Source of the DNA: an uncultured Granulicatella sp. | GTDB taxonomy: Bacteria; Bacillota; Bacilli; Lactobacillales; Aerococcaceae | Direction of reading: 5' to 3' | Length of the DNA: 64,000 nucleotides | Assembly (NCBI RefSeq): GCF_938030755.1 | Contig: NZ_CALHIF010000039.1 | Location: 28,274-92,273 of the forward strand | In this document: piece by piece, positions 38,672-48,742 of the stretch | Numbering within the stretch: position 1 is the stretch's first letter | Layout of the letters: each line of letters begins with the position of its first letter | The notes under the pieces: generated by a model | Told to the model about the DNA's origin: nothing | Databases searched by the model: none | Seen by the model: the letters and a program-made list of their open reading frames with translations, nothing else | Translations under genes and position numbers: made by a program

Positions 38672-39735
38672 AGCAACGAATCCTCAAAAGCTGGCTTCTA
38701 TTTTCAGCTCTTTATAGTATTGTCAGTACAGTATTCATATTTCTATTTAGAAAATGGTTTAATTTTGATCATTTAGAAGAGATTAGTTTTCAGGAAACAC
38801 TGGGGACTATCACGTTATTTCTTTTAATACTTCTATTTTTAGCATTAGTTTCTGCTATTATCTTATATGGATTAAATCGCCAGGCAGAAAGAAAAATTAC
38901 AGAGCAGCTGTTAATGATTCAAAAGGCTCAATTTCAGTTGGTAAAAGATAAAGATGAATCTAATTGGTTGAATGAAGCAACAATTCTAGATTTAAAAGCA
39001 TTTTATGCTCAATCAATGGCGATATCGAATCAGATTGAAACGGTATCTCTAGAATTGCAAGAAATTGGTAGAAAACCGCAGTATGTTGGAGAAGAAACGA
39101 AAGAACAAGTCATTGAACAAGAAAGAAGACGGATTGCCAGAGAATTACATGACTCTGTAAGCCAGCAATTATTTGCAGCAATGATGATGATTTCAGCGTT
39201 GAATGAAAGAAAGCAACATTTTGATGAAAAAGAACAAAAACAACTATCTATGATTGAACATGTTCTTTCCCAAGCTCAGTCTGAAATGCGTGCATTATTA
39301 CTACACCTTCGACCAATTTCGTTAGAAAATAAATCCTTAAAATCCGGAATCGAAGGTTTATTAGTGGAATTACAAACGAAAGTGCAAATGAAAATTCATT
39401 GGGATATAGAAGATGTTACTTTGCCAGAAGGGGTTGAAGATCATCTCTTTAGAATTGCCCAGGAATTACTTTCGAATACTCTAAGACATTCTCATGCCAA
39501 ACATTTAGAAGTTTACTTAAGACAGAAAGATTCAAATGTAATCTTTAAAATAGAAGACGACGGTGTTGGTTTTAACGTTGAGGCCATTCATCCTGGTAGT
39601 TATGGAATCAATAATATGAAAGAAAGAGTACAAGGACTTGGTGGACAAGTGAAGATTGTAAGTTTCCCAAATCAAGGGACAACAATAGAAATCAAAATTC
39701 CGCTTGGTCGTCATTTGGAGGGAAATTATGATTAA
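38668..39735 (+). CDS. liaS: Intramembrane-sensing histidine kinase LiaS/VraS type (HisKA_3)
   Basis: Two TM helices with a minimal loop, HAMP, H-box ERRRIARELHDSVSQQLF (HisKA_3) and an HATPase domain. ATGA overlap with liaF. Confidence 0.88.
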   Translation: MKQRILKSWLLFSALYSIVSTVFIFLFRKWFNFDHLEEISFQETLGTITLFLLILLFLALVSAIILYGLNRQAERKITEQLLMIQKAQFQLVKDKDESNWLNEATILDLKAFYAQSMAISNQIETVSLELQEIGRKPQYVGEETKEQVIEQERRRIARELHDSVSQQLFAAMMMISALNERKQHFDEKEQKQLSMIEHVLSQAQSEMRALLLHLRPISLENKSLKSGIEGLLVELQTKVQMKIHWDIEDVTLPEGVEDHLFRIAQELLSNTLRHSHAKHLEVYLRQKDSNVIFKIEDDGVGFNVEAIHPGSYGINNMKERVQGLGGQVKIVSFPNQGTTIEIKIPLGRHLEGNYD

Positions 39736-40363
39736 TGTTTTATTAGTAGATGACCATGAAATGGTACGATTAGGCGTGTCTTCTTATTTATCAATGCAAG
39801 ATGATATCGATGTTATTGCTGAAGCAAAGAATGGTCGAGAAGGGGTAGAGAAAGCTTTATCTTATAAACCGGACATCATTTTAATGGATTTAGTCATGCC
39901 TGAGATGGATGGAATTGAAGCGACAAAAGAAATTTTACGTCAATGGCCAGAAGCAAAAATCATTATTTTAACTAGTTTCATTGATGATGAGAAAGTTTTT
40001 CCAGCCATCAATGCGGGTGCGAAAAGTTATATTTTAAAAACTTCTTCGGCTTCTCAAATTGCTAAAGCTATTCGTGATACTTATCAAGGGGACGGCGTAT
40101 TTGAACCTCAAGTGACTGATAAATTAGTGAATAGAATCCAAAAGAAACAACAACATTTCCCTCATAATGATTTGACTCAACGAGAATTAGAAGTTCTTCT
40201 TTTAATTGCACAAGGAAAATCAAATCAAGAGATTGCCGATGAATTATTTATTACTTTAAAAACAGTAAAAACGCATGTTTCCAATATCTTATCAAAATTG
40301 GAAGTAGAAGACAGAACGCAAGCAACGATTTATGCATTCAAACATCAGTTAATAAAAATGTAG
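39728..40363 (+). CDS. liaR: LuxR/NarL-family response regulator LiaR/VraR type
   Basis: REC domain (VLLVDDHEMVR, DIILMDLVMPEMDG) and a GerE HTH (LTQRELEVLLLIAQGKSNQEIADELFITLKTVKTH). ATG 39728 follows GGAGGGA. Confidence 0.9.
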   Translation: MINVLLVDDHEMVRLGVSSYLSMQDDIDVIAEAKNGREGVEKALSYKPDIILMDLVMPEMDGIEATKEILRQWPEAKIIILTSFIDDEKVFPAINAGAKSYILKTSSASQIAKAIRDTYQGDGVFEPQVTDKLVNRIQKKQQHFPHNDLTQRELEVLLLIAQGKSNQEIADELFITLKTVKTHVSNILSKLEVEDRTQATIYAFKHQLIKM

Positions 40364-40557
40364 GCTTGGCTACTGTTATTAGTGATTCATTAATATGAAT
40401 AATAAAAAGAATTAAAACGAAAAGATGTATGGAATTTTCCGTGCATCTTTTTTAATGTACTCACTATGGTTTGGAATGAAAGTAATTTCGAAAAAAGGAT
40501 AAAGAAACAAATGATAAAGGCAGTTTTTGAAACTACTTACTAAAAAAACGTTGTGTA

Positions 40558-40586
40558 TTGAAAATGGTTTCTGCGACTAGTATACT
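40558..40586 (+). promoter_or_regulatory. SigA-type promoter upstream of nanE, overlapped by a cre-like sequence
   Basis: TTGAAA (40558-40563), 17 nt spacer, TATACT (40581-40586). TTGAAAATGGTTTCT (40558-40572) matches the cre consensus WTGNAANCGNWNNCW except at the central C. Confidence 0.45.
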
Positions 40587-40622
40587 GATAGATATGAAAG
40601 GGTTTTAAAAAGGAGGCTGTTT

Positions 40623-41300
40623 ATGAGAATACATGGTCAATTAATTGTATCATGCCAAGCATTGCCGCATGAACCATTGCATAGTGATTATATTATGGCT
40701 CGTATGGCAGTTGCTGCAAAGGAAGGAGGAGCAAAGGGAATTCGTGCCAACTCAGTAGTGGACATAAAAGCAATCAAAGAAGCTGTAGATTTACCAGTGA
40801 TTGGAATTATTAAACGAGATTATAACGATTCAGATGTTTTTATTACTGCTACGATGAAGGAAGTAGATGAACTTATGACGGTTCAACCAGATATTATTGC
40901 ACTTGATGCGACTTCATCTACTCGTCCAAATGGACAATCGTTGGACGAATTTTATAAGGAAATTAGAGAAAAATATCCTGATCAATTATTGATGGCGGAT
41001 TGTTCTACAGTAGAAGAAATGATTCATGCTGATGAACTTGGTTTTGATTTTATCGGAAGTACTTTAGTGGGATATACGAAACAAAGTAACGGCGATAAAA
41101 TTGAAGCGAATGATTTCGAAATACTAAGAACTGTTTTGAAACAAATCAAACATCCTTTAATTGCAGAAGGAAATATTGACACACCAGAAAAGATGAAAAG
41201 AGTGCTAGAGTTGGGCGCTTATAGTGTGGTTGTGGGTTCTGCGATTACACGTCCACAACTCATCACAAAAAAATTTGTTGATGCGATTCATCAACACTAG
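40623..41300 (+). CDS. nanE: N-acetylmannosamine-6-phosphate 2-epimerase
   Basis: [16 protein letters not shown]-terminus and TIM-barrel NanE blocks ([19 protein letters not shown]). Confidence 0.9.
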   Translation: MRIHGQLIVSCQALPHEPLHSDYIMARMAVAAKEGGAKGIRANSVVDIKAIKEAVDLPVIGIIKRDYNDSDVFITATMKEVDELMTVQPDIIALDATSSTRPNGQSLDEFYKEIREKYPDQLLMADCSTVEEMIHADELGFDFIGSTLVGYTKQSNGDKIEANDFEILRTVLKQIKHPLIAEGNIDTPEKMKRVLELGAYSVVVGSAITRPQLITKKFVDAIHQH

Positions 41301-41343
41301 GAAAGATAAGAATTATTCATTTTAAGTTTAGGGGGAAAACCAT

Positions 41344-42849
41344 ATGTTTAAAGTCTTACAAAAAATAGGGAAGGCATTTATGTTACCAATTGCCATTTTA
41401 CCGGCAGCTGGTTTGCTTTTAGGAATTGGGGGAGCATTATCAAATCCAACAACAGTTGCGACCTATCCTGTATTAAATAACGAAGTATTACAAGCAATTT
41501 TTAAAGTAATGAGTTCTGCTGGGGAAGTCGTATTTGCCAATTTAGCATTATTATTATGTATCGGACTATGTATTGGTCTTGCAAAACGAGACAAAGGAAC
41601 GGCTGCTCTTGCAGGGGTTACAGGATACTTAGTAATGACTGCAACAATTAAAGCTCTTGTTGGATTATTTATGGCAAAAGATGCTTCCATTGACACTGGG
41701 GTTATAGGTGCTGTTGTAGTCGGCTCAGTAGCTGTATGGTTACATAACCGTTATAACAATATTCAATTACCTCAAGTACTTGGTTTCTTCGGTGGTAGCC
41801 GTTTTGTTCCAATCGTAACATCATTTGCGTCTATCTTTGTGGGAGCTATCTTCTTCTTAGTATGGCCACCATTCCAACAATTATTAGTGTCTACTGGTGG
41901 ATATATCTCACAAGCTGGTCCGATTGGTACATTCTTATATGGATTCTTAATGCGTCTATGTGGTGCTGTAGGCTTACACCATATGATTTATCCAATGTTC
42001 TGGTTTACAGAATTAGGTGGAGTGGAAGTTGTAGCTGGCCAAACTGTTGTAGGGGCTCAAAAAATCTTCTTTGCTCAATTAGCGGATCCAAATCATGTTG
42101 GACTATTTACTGAAGGAACTCGTTTCTTCGCTGGTCGTTTCTCAACGATGATGTTTGGTCTTCCAGCAGCCTGCTTAGCGATGTACCACTGTGTTCCTAA
42201 AGATCGTCGTAAAAAATACGCCGGTTTATTCTTCGGGGTTGCATTAACTTCATTCATCACAGGTATTACAGAACCAATCGAATTCATGTTCTTATTCGTA
42301 AGTCCAGTACTATATGTTGTTCACGCATTCCTTGATGGAGTAAGTTTCTTCATCGCAGATATTTTGAATATCTCAATCGGTAATACATTCTCAGGTGGGG
42401 TTATTGACTTCACATTGTTCGGTGTTTTGCAAGGAAATGATAAGACAAACTGGTTATTACAAATTCCATTTGGTCTTGTTTGGAGCGCTTTATACTATGT
42501 TGTATTTAGATGGTTTATTCTTCAATTCAATGTCGCTACACCAGGACGTGTTGAAGATGATTTAGCTAGTGATGAAAAACCAGTTGTGGAAACAAAAGAT
42601 AGCTTAAAACAAGATAGCGTACGTATTATTGATGCTTTGGGCGGTCAAGAAAATATCGAAGATGTCGATGCTTGTATCACACGTTTACGCGTATCTGTTA
42701 AAGATGTTGAAAAAGTTAATAAAGCAACATTAAAAGAAATCGGTGCAGTTGATGTTCTTGAAGTTAAAGGTGGAATTCAAGCGATTTATGGAGCTAAAGC
42801 CATCCTTTATAAAAATAATATCAATGAAATTTTAGGTGTAGATGACTAG
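41344..42849 (+). CDS. PTS glucose-family EIICB component (sugar specificity unknown, probably an amino sugar)
   Basis: About 10 TM helices of an EIIC domain, followed by a C-terminal EIIB domain with the phospho-Cys motif DACITRLR. Confidence 0.88.
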   Translation: MFKVLQKIGKAFMLPIAILPAAGLLLGIGGALSNPTTVATYPVLNNEVLQAIFKVMSSAGEVVFANLALLLCIGLCIGLAKRDKGTAALAGVTGYLVMTATIKALVGLFMAKDASIDTGVIGAVVVGSVAVWLHNRYNNIQLPQVLGFFGGSRFVPIVTSFASIFVGAIFFLVWPPFQQLLVSTGGYISQAGPIGTFLYGFLMRLCGAVGLHHMIYPMFWFTELGGVEVVAGQTVVGAQKIFFAQLADPNHVGLFTEGTRFFAGRFSTMMFGLPAACLAMYHCVPKDRRKKYAGLFFGVALTSFITGITEPIEFMFLFVSPVLYVVHAFLDGVSFFIADILNISIGNTFSGGVIDFTLFGVLQGNDKTNWLLQIPFGLVWSALYYVVFRWFILQFNVATPGRVEDDLASDEKPVVETKDSLKQDSVRIIDALGGQENIEDVDACITRLRVSVKDVEKVNKATLKEIGAVDVLEVKGGIQAIYGAKAILYKNNINEILGVDD

Positions 42850-42867
42850 TAATCAATCTTAACTAAT

Positions 42868-42906
42868 GCAGGAAAACTAGCCCTCGTGTCTAGTTTTCCT
42901 GCTTTT
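42868..42906 (+). terminator. Rho-independent terminator
   Basis: 13-bp perfect stem GCAGGAAAACTAG / CTAGTTTTCCTGC plus TTTT. Confidence 0.8.
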
Positions 42907-42986
42907 AATTTTCAATAAGAATAGGCATTGTATGCTATCACATTGTATGCTATCATTAAAAAAGCAAATGCAAAGGGGAGATGTAG

Positions 42987-43802
42987 GTGTTGTCATTCGA
43001 AAAAAAAGTGGTTCCCATTATAGAGTCTATTTACGATACTTTAACACCTATTGAAAAGACAATTGCACAGTATTTTCTAGAACCGATTCCAGAAGGAGTG
43101 TCTCTTTCCGCTCAAGAAGTATCCAATCGCTTATTTGTTTCCATTCCGTCACTGACAAGATTTGCCCAGAAATGCGGATATAACGGATATCGACAATTTA
43201 TTTATGATTATGAAAAGAGAAGTAAGGAAGAATCGACGCTTCATATTAATTCGACTAAAATTGTTCTTGAAGATTATGCAGAGCTTTTGTCGAAGTCCTT
43301 TTCTCTTGTGAATGAAGCTCAATTAATTCGAGTTTGTGAGTTGCTTAGTAGTGCTAAACGGGTATATATATATGGTCAAGGGAGCTCGGGACTAGCTGCA
43401 TTAGAGATGAAATTTCGGTTTATGAGACTTGGGATGATTTGTGAGGCGATTACGGATTTACATACAATGCTTATGAATCGTGTGTTAGTCGATGAAGATT
43501 GTCTTGTCATCGGGATTACGGTTTCAGCAAATGAGAGTGTAGTAAATGCAGTTAACATCGCAAAAAAACAAGGTGCTAAAACAGTTCTAATCACTTCTAA
43601 AAAGAGCGAAGAACTGTCGCATGAATGTGATGAATTGGTACTCATTGCGATGAAAAACGCTTTAGAACAAGGAACGACAATTTCACCACAGTTTTCGATT
43701 TTAGTGGTGGTTGATATATTGTATAGTTATTACAAGGAAATCGATAAGGAAAGAAAGCATTCTATTTTTTCAAATACATTGCATGCGATTCAACCTGATT
43801 AA
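42987..43802 (+). CDS. MurR/RpiR-family transcriptional regulator (HTH_6 + SIS domain)
   Basis: N-terminal RpiR HTH (LTPIEKTIAQYFLE...SIPSLTRFAQKCGYNGYRQF) and a SIS domain (VYIYGQGSSGLAA). GTG start 6 nt after AGGGGAG. Confidence 0.85.
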   Translation: MLSFEKKVVPIIESIYDTLTPIEKTIAQYFLEPIPEGVSLSAQEVSNRLFVSIPSLTRFAQKCGYNGYRQFIYDYEKRSKEESTLHINSTKIVLEDYAELLSKSFSLVNEAQLIRVCELLSSAKRVYIYGQGSSGLAALEMKFRFMRLGMICEAITDLHTMLMNRVLVDEDCLVIGITVSANESVVNAVNIAKKQGAKTVLITSKKSEELSHECDELVLIAMKNALEQGTTISPQFSILVVVDILYSYYKEIDKERKHSIFSNTLHAIQPD

Positions 43803-43818
43803 AGAAGGAGAAGATAAA

Positions 43819-44313
43819 ATGTTTGGATTTTTTAAAAAGAATAAAAACGATAAAGAAGTAGTAGTTTATGCTCTAACATCAGGAGACATAGTTCCAATTA
43901 CGCAAGTGAATGATCCCGTTTTTGCGGGTAAAATGATGGGAGACGGTTTTGCGATACTTCCAACGAGTGGAGTGATTACTTCACCTGTTAAAGGAGAAAT
44001 TGTAAATGTCTTTCCAACACTACATGCTATAGGGATTAAAACTCCTGAAGGACTTGAAGTGTTGGTTCATATGGGAATTGATACAGTTGAATTAAAGGGG
44101 GTTCCGTTTAAAACAACGGTAACAGTTGGTCAAAAAGTCGATGAGAATACAGTTTTATGCACTGTCGATTTAGAGGCTTTAAAGGAAGCAGGTAAAGATA
44201 CGGCAATGATGGTCCTCTTTACGAATATGGATAAATTAGATACATTTTCTATTGCGACTGAAGGGTCACTAGCTGGAAAATCAGAAGTTGGGAAAGTAAC
44301 GATGAAGCCTTAA
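43819..44313 (+). CDS. crr: PTS glucose-family EIIA component
   Basis: GDGFAILP...HAIGIKTPEGLEVLVHMGIDTV carries both conserved His residues of EIIA-Glc. ATG 43819 follows GAAGGAGAAG. Confidence 0.9.
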   Translation: MFGFFKKNKNDKEVVVYALTSGDIVPITQVNDPVFAGKMMGDGFAILPTSGVITSPVKGEIVNVFPTLHAIGIKTPEGLEVLVHMGIDTVELKGVPFKTTVTVGQKVDENTVLCTVDLEALKEAGKDTAMMVLFTNMDKLDTFSIATEGSLAGKSEVGKVTMKP

Positions 44314-44320
44314 CTAAAAC

Positions 44321-44352
44321 AAAAAAATCCGCTCTATTGAGCGGATTTTTGC
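44321..44352. terminator. Bidirectional terminator between crr and lexA
   Basis: 10-bp perfect stem AAATCCGCTC / GAGCGGATTT with an A-run before and a T-run after. Confidence 0.8.
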
Positions 44353-44353
44353 T

Positions 44354-44977
44354 TTAGAAAATACGACTACGGTATAAGCTAACTACTTTTCCTAGGATAG
44401 TACAATTTGGAAGAATAATTGGCTCCATTATGTCATTCTCAGGTTCTAAGCGAACGTGGTCTTTTTCCAAGTAAAATCTTTTACAAGTAGCAGTATCCTC
44501 TTCGGTCATCGCAATGACAATCTCCCCATTGGCTGCAGTTGATTGTTTACGAACGATGACAGAGTCACCATCAAAGATTCCAGCATTAATCATACTGTCC
44601 CCTTTAATACGCAACATAAAAAGATCGTCAGATTCGTTTTGTAATTCGGGTGGAATCGGAAAGAAGTCACTAGCTTCTTCTACAGCAAGAATTGGTTCAC
44701 CCGCTGTAACCACACCAAGCATTGGAATAGCAGTTGCCTTTGCACCAATAGCCTTTAATCCTGCCATAGTTAATTCAATCGCACGAGGTTTACTTGGGTC
44801 GCGCTGAATGAATCCATTTTTTTCTAATCTGGACAAGTGGCCATGAACGGTAGAAGTCGAAGAAAGCTGAACAGCATTACAAATTTCACGCACTGTTGGC
44901 GGATAACCGTGCTCTTGAACTTCTTTATAAATAAACTGTAAAACATCTAATTGTCTTGAATCTTTTAAATTTGTCAT
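44354..44977 (-). CDS. lexA: SOS repressor LexA
   Basis: Winged-helix N-terminus ([26 protein letters not shown]), cleavage site region [10 protein letters not shown], and Ser/Lys dyad motifs GDSM and VIVRKQ. Confidence 0.95.
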   Translation of the reverse strand: MTNLKDSRQLDVLQFIYKEVQEHGYPPTVREICNAVQLSSTSTVHGHLSRLEKNGFIQRDPSKPRAIELTMAGLKAIGAKATAIPMLGVVTAGEPILAVEEASDFFPIPPELQNESDDLFMLRIKGDSMINAGIFDGDSVIVRKQSTAANGEIVIAMTEEDTATCKRFYLEKDHVRLEPENDIMEPIILPNCTILGKVVSLYRSRIF

Positions 44978-45028
44978 CGGAACATCTCCTTCTTTAAAAA
45001 TAGTTTATCACACACGACATCAGAAAAT

Positions 45029-45042
45029 CAAACAAATGTTCG
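45029..45042. promoter_or_regulatory. LexA operator (Cheo box) in the lexA / ynzC divergent promoter region
   Basis: CAAACAAATGTTCG matches CGAAC-N4-GTTCG at 13 of 14 positions and shares the core AACAAAYGTTCGTATA with the recA box. Confidence 0.65.
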
Positions 45043-45119
45043 TATACAAATCAGATTTTTAGGAAGTTTTTATAAATCATGATACACTAGGGACGAATAA
45101 GAGGAAAGGAAAGGAAAAA

Positions 45120-45368
45120 ATGTTATCACCAGAAAAGATTAGTCGTATCAATGAATTAGCTAAAAAGAAAAAAGAAGGAAAATTAACGCCTACAGAAGAA
45201 AAAGAACAACAACTCCTACGCAAAGAGTATCTAGAAGCTTTTCGTGGAGGTATGCGTAATCATATTGAAGGATTAAAAATTGTTGACGAAGAAGGAAATG
45301 ATGTGACTCCAGAAAAACTAAAAGCAATCCAAAAAGAAAAAGGATTACATAATCGAGGAGAAGAATAA
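45120..45368 (+). CDS. DUF896 (UPF0291/YnzC-like) small helical protein
   Basis: [62 protein letters not shown] closely parallels B. subtilis YnzC. Same position between lexA and tkt. Confidence 0.88.
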   Translation: MLSPEKISRINELAKKKKEGKLTPTEEKEQQLLRKEYLEAFRGGMRNHIEGLKIVDEEGNDVTPEKLKAIQKEKGLHNRGEE

Positions 45369-45373
45369 GGATA

Positions 45374-45407
45374 GGGAGGTTGAAAGTTTTCAGCCTCTTT
45401 TTGTTTT
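45374..45407 (+). terminator. Rho-independent terminator
   Basis: Stem GAGGTTGAA / TTCAGCCTC (one G-U pair) plus a T-run. Confidence 0.7.
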
Positions 45408-45562
45408 TGACTACTCGTGTCTCTAGTAAAATTGAATCCACTTTGCAAGGGGTTACTTTATTTTATTAAAGATTAGAATAACGGTTGCAAAAGAATGTTC
45501 GAATTTAGTAAAATAGAGAAGTAAGTTCCTACTAAGGAAAACTATTTTTAAGGAGTGATTGT

Positions 45563-47557
45563 ATGTTTGATAAAACCGATCAACTAGCAGTGAATACGAT
45601 TCGTACACTAAGTATGGATGCCATTCAAGCTGCGAATTCAGGACACCCTGGTCTTCCAATGGGTGCAGCCCCTATGGCCTATGTACTTTGGTCTAAGTAT
45701 TTAAAAGTAAACCCAAAACGTTCTAATTGGGTAGATCGCGATCGCTTTGTATTATCAGCAGGTCATGGATCTGCAATGTTATATGCTTTATTACATTTAT
45801 CGGGCTATGACTTATCAATTGAAGATGTGAAAAACTTCCGCCAACTTGGAAGCAAAACACCTGGGCACCCAGAAGTCCATGACACAGATGGGGTAGATGC
45901 AACAACAGGTCCTCTTGGACAAGGCTTTGCAAATGCAGTTGGGATGGCCATGGCTGAAGCGCACCTTGCTGCGAAATTCAATCGTGAAGGCTACCCAGTC
46001 GTAGACCACCACACTTATGTATTATGTGGTGACGGGGACTTAATGGAAGGTATTTCCTACGAAGCTGCCTCTCTTGCTGGGACTTTGAAATTAAACAAAT
46101 TAATCGTGTTATACGATTCAAACGACATTTGTTTAGATGGTCCTTTAAATAAAGTGTTCACTGAAGATGTCAAGAAACGCTTTAAAGGATTAGGTTGGAA
46201 CTATATTCGCGTTGAAGATGGAAATGATTTAGACGAAATCGCTGAAGCTATCGAAGAAGCGCAATGCCAAAAAGAAAAGCCAACGATTATTGAAGTGAAA
46301 ACGGTTATTGGTTACGGTGCTCCAAATCAAGGAACAAATAAAGTGCACGGGGCGCCTTTAGGACCTGAGGGCATTGCAGAAGCAAAAGCAAACTATGGAT
46401 GGGAATATGGACCATTTGAAGTGCCGGAAGAAGTACAACATCGTTTCGATAAATTATTAGTACAAACAGGCGAAAATGACTATAACGAATGGAAAACATT
46501 ATTCGAAGGCTATAAACAAGCTTATCCAGAACTTGCAAAAGAATTCGAAGACAGCTTTGCAGAAAATATTGAAGTAGACTTAGAAAAAGTATTGCCTTCT
46601 TATGAATTTGGTAGCCCAGCAATGGCTTCTCGTGTGACAAGCCAAGCTGCGATTCAAGAATTAGGAAAACATATTCCATTCTTATGGGGTGGGTCTGCAG
46701 ACCTTTCTTCATCAAACAACACAATGAACAAAGCAGATACAGACTTCTCTCAAGAAAATTATGGTGGAAGAAATATTTGGTTTGGGGTTCGTGAATTTGC
46801 GATGGGAGCTGCGATGAACGGTATGCTTCTTCATGGTGGAAACCGTGTCTATGGTAGTACATTCTTTGTATTCGCAGATTACTTAAAAGCAGCAATGCGT
46901 GTTGCAGCCATTTCTCACCTACCAGCAATCTATGTGTATACACATGACTCTATCGCAGTAGGGGAAGATGGACCAACGCATGAACCAATCGAACAATTAG
47001 CAGCCTTCCGTGCAACGCCAAACTTAAACGTGATTCGTCCTGCTGATGGGAACGAAGTATCTGCTGCATGGAAAGTGGCCGTAGAAACAAAAGACCGTCC
47101 ATCAGTACTCGTGTTCTCACGTCAAAATTTACCAGTTCTTGAACATTCACAGGAATTAGCATACGAAGGTGTGAAACGTGGGGCATATGTAGTAAGTCCT
47201 CAAAAATGCGATACACCAGAAGGTATCTTGATTGCAACAGGTTCTGAAGTGGCTCTTGCCATCGAAGCGCAAAAGGTTCTAGCTGAAGAAGGAATTGATG
47301 TATCAGTAGTTTCAATGCCATCAATGAACTTATTCGAAGAACAACCAAAAGAATACCGTGAATCAGTATTACCTAGCGATGTTCGTAAACGTGTAGCCGT
47401 TGAAATGGGTGCAAGCTTCGGATGGGGACAATATGTTGGCCTTGACGGATCTACTGTGACGATCGACCGCTTCGGTTTATCAGGTAACGGAAATAAAGTT
47501 ATGGAAACATTAGGATTCACTGTAGAAAACGTAGTGAATACATTTAAATCTTTATAA
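45563..47557 (+). CDS. tkt: Transketolase
   Basis: [13 protein letters not shown] (ThDP motif), and conserved Pyr and C-terminal domains. 664 aa. Confidence 0.97.
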   Translation: MFDKTDQLAVNTIRTLSMDAIQAANSGHPGLPMGAAPMAYVLWSKYLKVNPKRSNWVDRDRFVLSAGHGSAMLYALLHLSGYDLSIEDVKNFRQLGSKTPGHPEVHDTDGVDATTGPLGQGFANAVGMAMAEAHLAAKFNREGYPVVDHHTYVLCGDGDLMEGISYEAASLAGTLKLNKLIVLYDSNDICLDGPLNKVFTEDVKKRFKGLGWNYIRVEDGNDLDEIAEAIEEAQCQKEKPTIIEVKTVIGYGAPNQGTNKVHGAPLGPEGIAEAKANYGWEYGPFEVPEEVQHRFDKLLVQTGENDYNEWKTLFEGYKQAYPELAKEFEDSFAENIEVDLEKVLPSYEFGSPAMASRVTSQAAIQELGKHIPFLWGGSADLSSSNNTMNKADTDFSQENYGGRNIWFGVREFAMGAAMNGMLLHGGNRVYGSTFFVFADYLKAAMRVAAISHLPAIYVYTHDSIAVGEDGPTHEPIEQLAAFRATPNLNVIRPADGNEVSAAWKVAVETKDRPSVLVFSRQNLPVLEHSQELAYEGVKRGAYVVSPQKCDTPEGILIATGSEVALAIEAQKVLAEEGIDVSVVSMPSMNLFEEQPKEYRESVLPSDVRKRVAVEMGASFGWGQYVGLDGSTVTIDRFGLSGNGNKVMETLGFTVENVVNTFKSL

Positions 47558-47572
47558 AAATAGGTTAAAATG

Positions 47573-47616
47573 AAGATTGAAAGCCCACAAGTAGTGGACT
47601 TTCAATCTTTTTTTAT
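47573..47616 (+). terminator. Rho-independent terminator of tkt
   Basis: 16-bp stem AAGATTGAAAGCCCAC / GTGGACTTTCAATCTT (one mismatch) plus T7. Confidence 0.8.
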
Positions 47617-47648
47617 TTTTAGGAGAATGTATGAAAGAATTAAAATAA

Positions 47649-47810
47649 GCCTTTACAATTAGTTTACCCATCTGTTGTAAAAGTACCATTTTGAATTTCA
47701 GAACTTATACCGTATCGATTGTCGTCTTATTGCAATGGTGGAAGGAAAATACATTGCTCAGTATCTTTGTTCCAACGGTTATTTATATGGTGTTATTGCA
47801 AGTAATGTAA
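47649..47810 (+). pseudogene. Possible remnant of a small hydrophobic-protein gene (AzlD-like C-terminus)
   Basis: Start-less open frame ending ...VSIVVLLQWWKENTLLSIFVPTVIYMVLLQVM*, which resembles from memory the C-terminal WK(R/E)N.LLSI...YM motif of AzlD. An isolated RBS plus a 5-codon ORF (MKELK*) lies just upstream at 47620-47646. Confidence 0.3.
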
Positions 47811-47921
47811 AATTAACATAGTTGTTAATTTAAGATACCTAGTGCATGGTTGTATCTAGGTATTTTCCAGCCTTAATTTATGGTAAAATAGAGCTACATT
47901 GATTTAGAAAGAGGCACTCTT

Positions 47922-48719
47922 ATGAAATTATTATTTGTTGGCGATGTTGTCGGATCTCTTGGAAGAGAGATGGTCGCACAATACGTCCCCAAATTAAAGA
48001 AAAAATATAAACCGCAAATCACTGTCATTAATGGGGAAAATGCTGCCCATGGAAAAGGAATTACGGAGAAGATTTACAAGGAGTTATTGCAGGCTGGTGC
48101 AGACGTAGTAACGCTTGGAAATCACGCCTTCGATAACAAAGCAATTTTTGATTTCATTGAAGATGCCACAAAGATGGTACGACCGCTGAACTATCCAGCA
48201 GGCGTTCCAGGGAAAGGAATCGTTTATGTAAAATGTAACGACAAAGAAGTGGCAGTCATTAACTTGCAAGGCCGCGTCTTTATGAATACGCTGGATGATC
48301 CTTTTGCAAAAATTACAGAGGCGGTTGAGGAAGCTAGAAAGAGAACGCCGATTATCTTTATCGACTTCCATGCTGAAGTAACCAGTGAAAAACAAGCATT
48401 GTCTTGGTACTTAGACGGGAAAGTATCTGCCGTCGTTGGAACACATACGCATGTGCCAACAAACGACGCCCGCGTTCTTCCGCAAGGGACAGCTTTCCTT
48501 TGTGATGTGGGCATGACAGGTCCGTATAACGGAATTCTCGGAATGGACCGCGATATTATTATTACAAAGTTTCTCAACCAATTACCGGCACGATTTGAAG
48601 TGGCAGAAGATGATGAAGGTCAGCTAAGTGCTTGTTTAATTGATATTGATGATAAAACGGGAAAAGCGAAATCGATTCAACCGATTCGTATTACTCCAGA
48701 TGCACCATTTTTTGAATAA
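47922..48719 (+). CDS. ymdB: YmdB-family metallophosphoesterase (2',3'-cyclic-nucleotide phosphodiesterase)
   Basis: MKLLFVGDVVG, GENAAHGKG, GNHAFD and DFHAE metal-ligand motifs of the TIGR00282/YmdB family. Confidence 0.9.
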   Translation: MKLLFVGDVVGSLGREMVAQYVPKLKKKYKPQITVINGENAAHGKGITEKIYKELLQAGADVVTLGNHAFDNKAIFDFIEDATKMVRPLNYPAGVPGKGIVYVKCNDKEVAVINLQGRVFMNTLDDPFAKITEAVEEARKRTPIIFIDFHAEVTSEKQALSWYLDGKVSAVVGTHTHVPTNDARVLPQGTAFLCDVGMTGPYNGILGMDRDIIITKFLNQLPARFEVAEDDEGQLSACLIDIDDKTGKAKSIQPIRITPDAPFFE

Positions 48720-48742
48720 AAAGATTAGAAAGAGAGTCAGAA

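Noticed and set aside
45484-45520. Half Cheo box (GAATGTTCG) within the predicted tkt promoter
   Set aside because: Only the right half-site matches. The left half is 3 of 5, so it is insufficient to call a LexA site.
45723-47520. Series of long antisense ORFs inside tkt (up to 212 aa)
   Set aside because: These are typical shadow ORFs opposite a highly expressed, codon-biased gene. They have no RBS, and the translations are low-complexity and Leu/Ser/His-rich. The same reasoning applies to antisense ORFs in mgtA (6151-6537), mutS (49711-50124), xfp (54965-55339), recA/cinA (18685-19071) and GNAT/mtnN (60728-61120).
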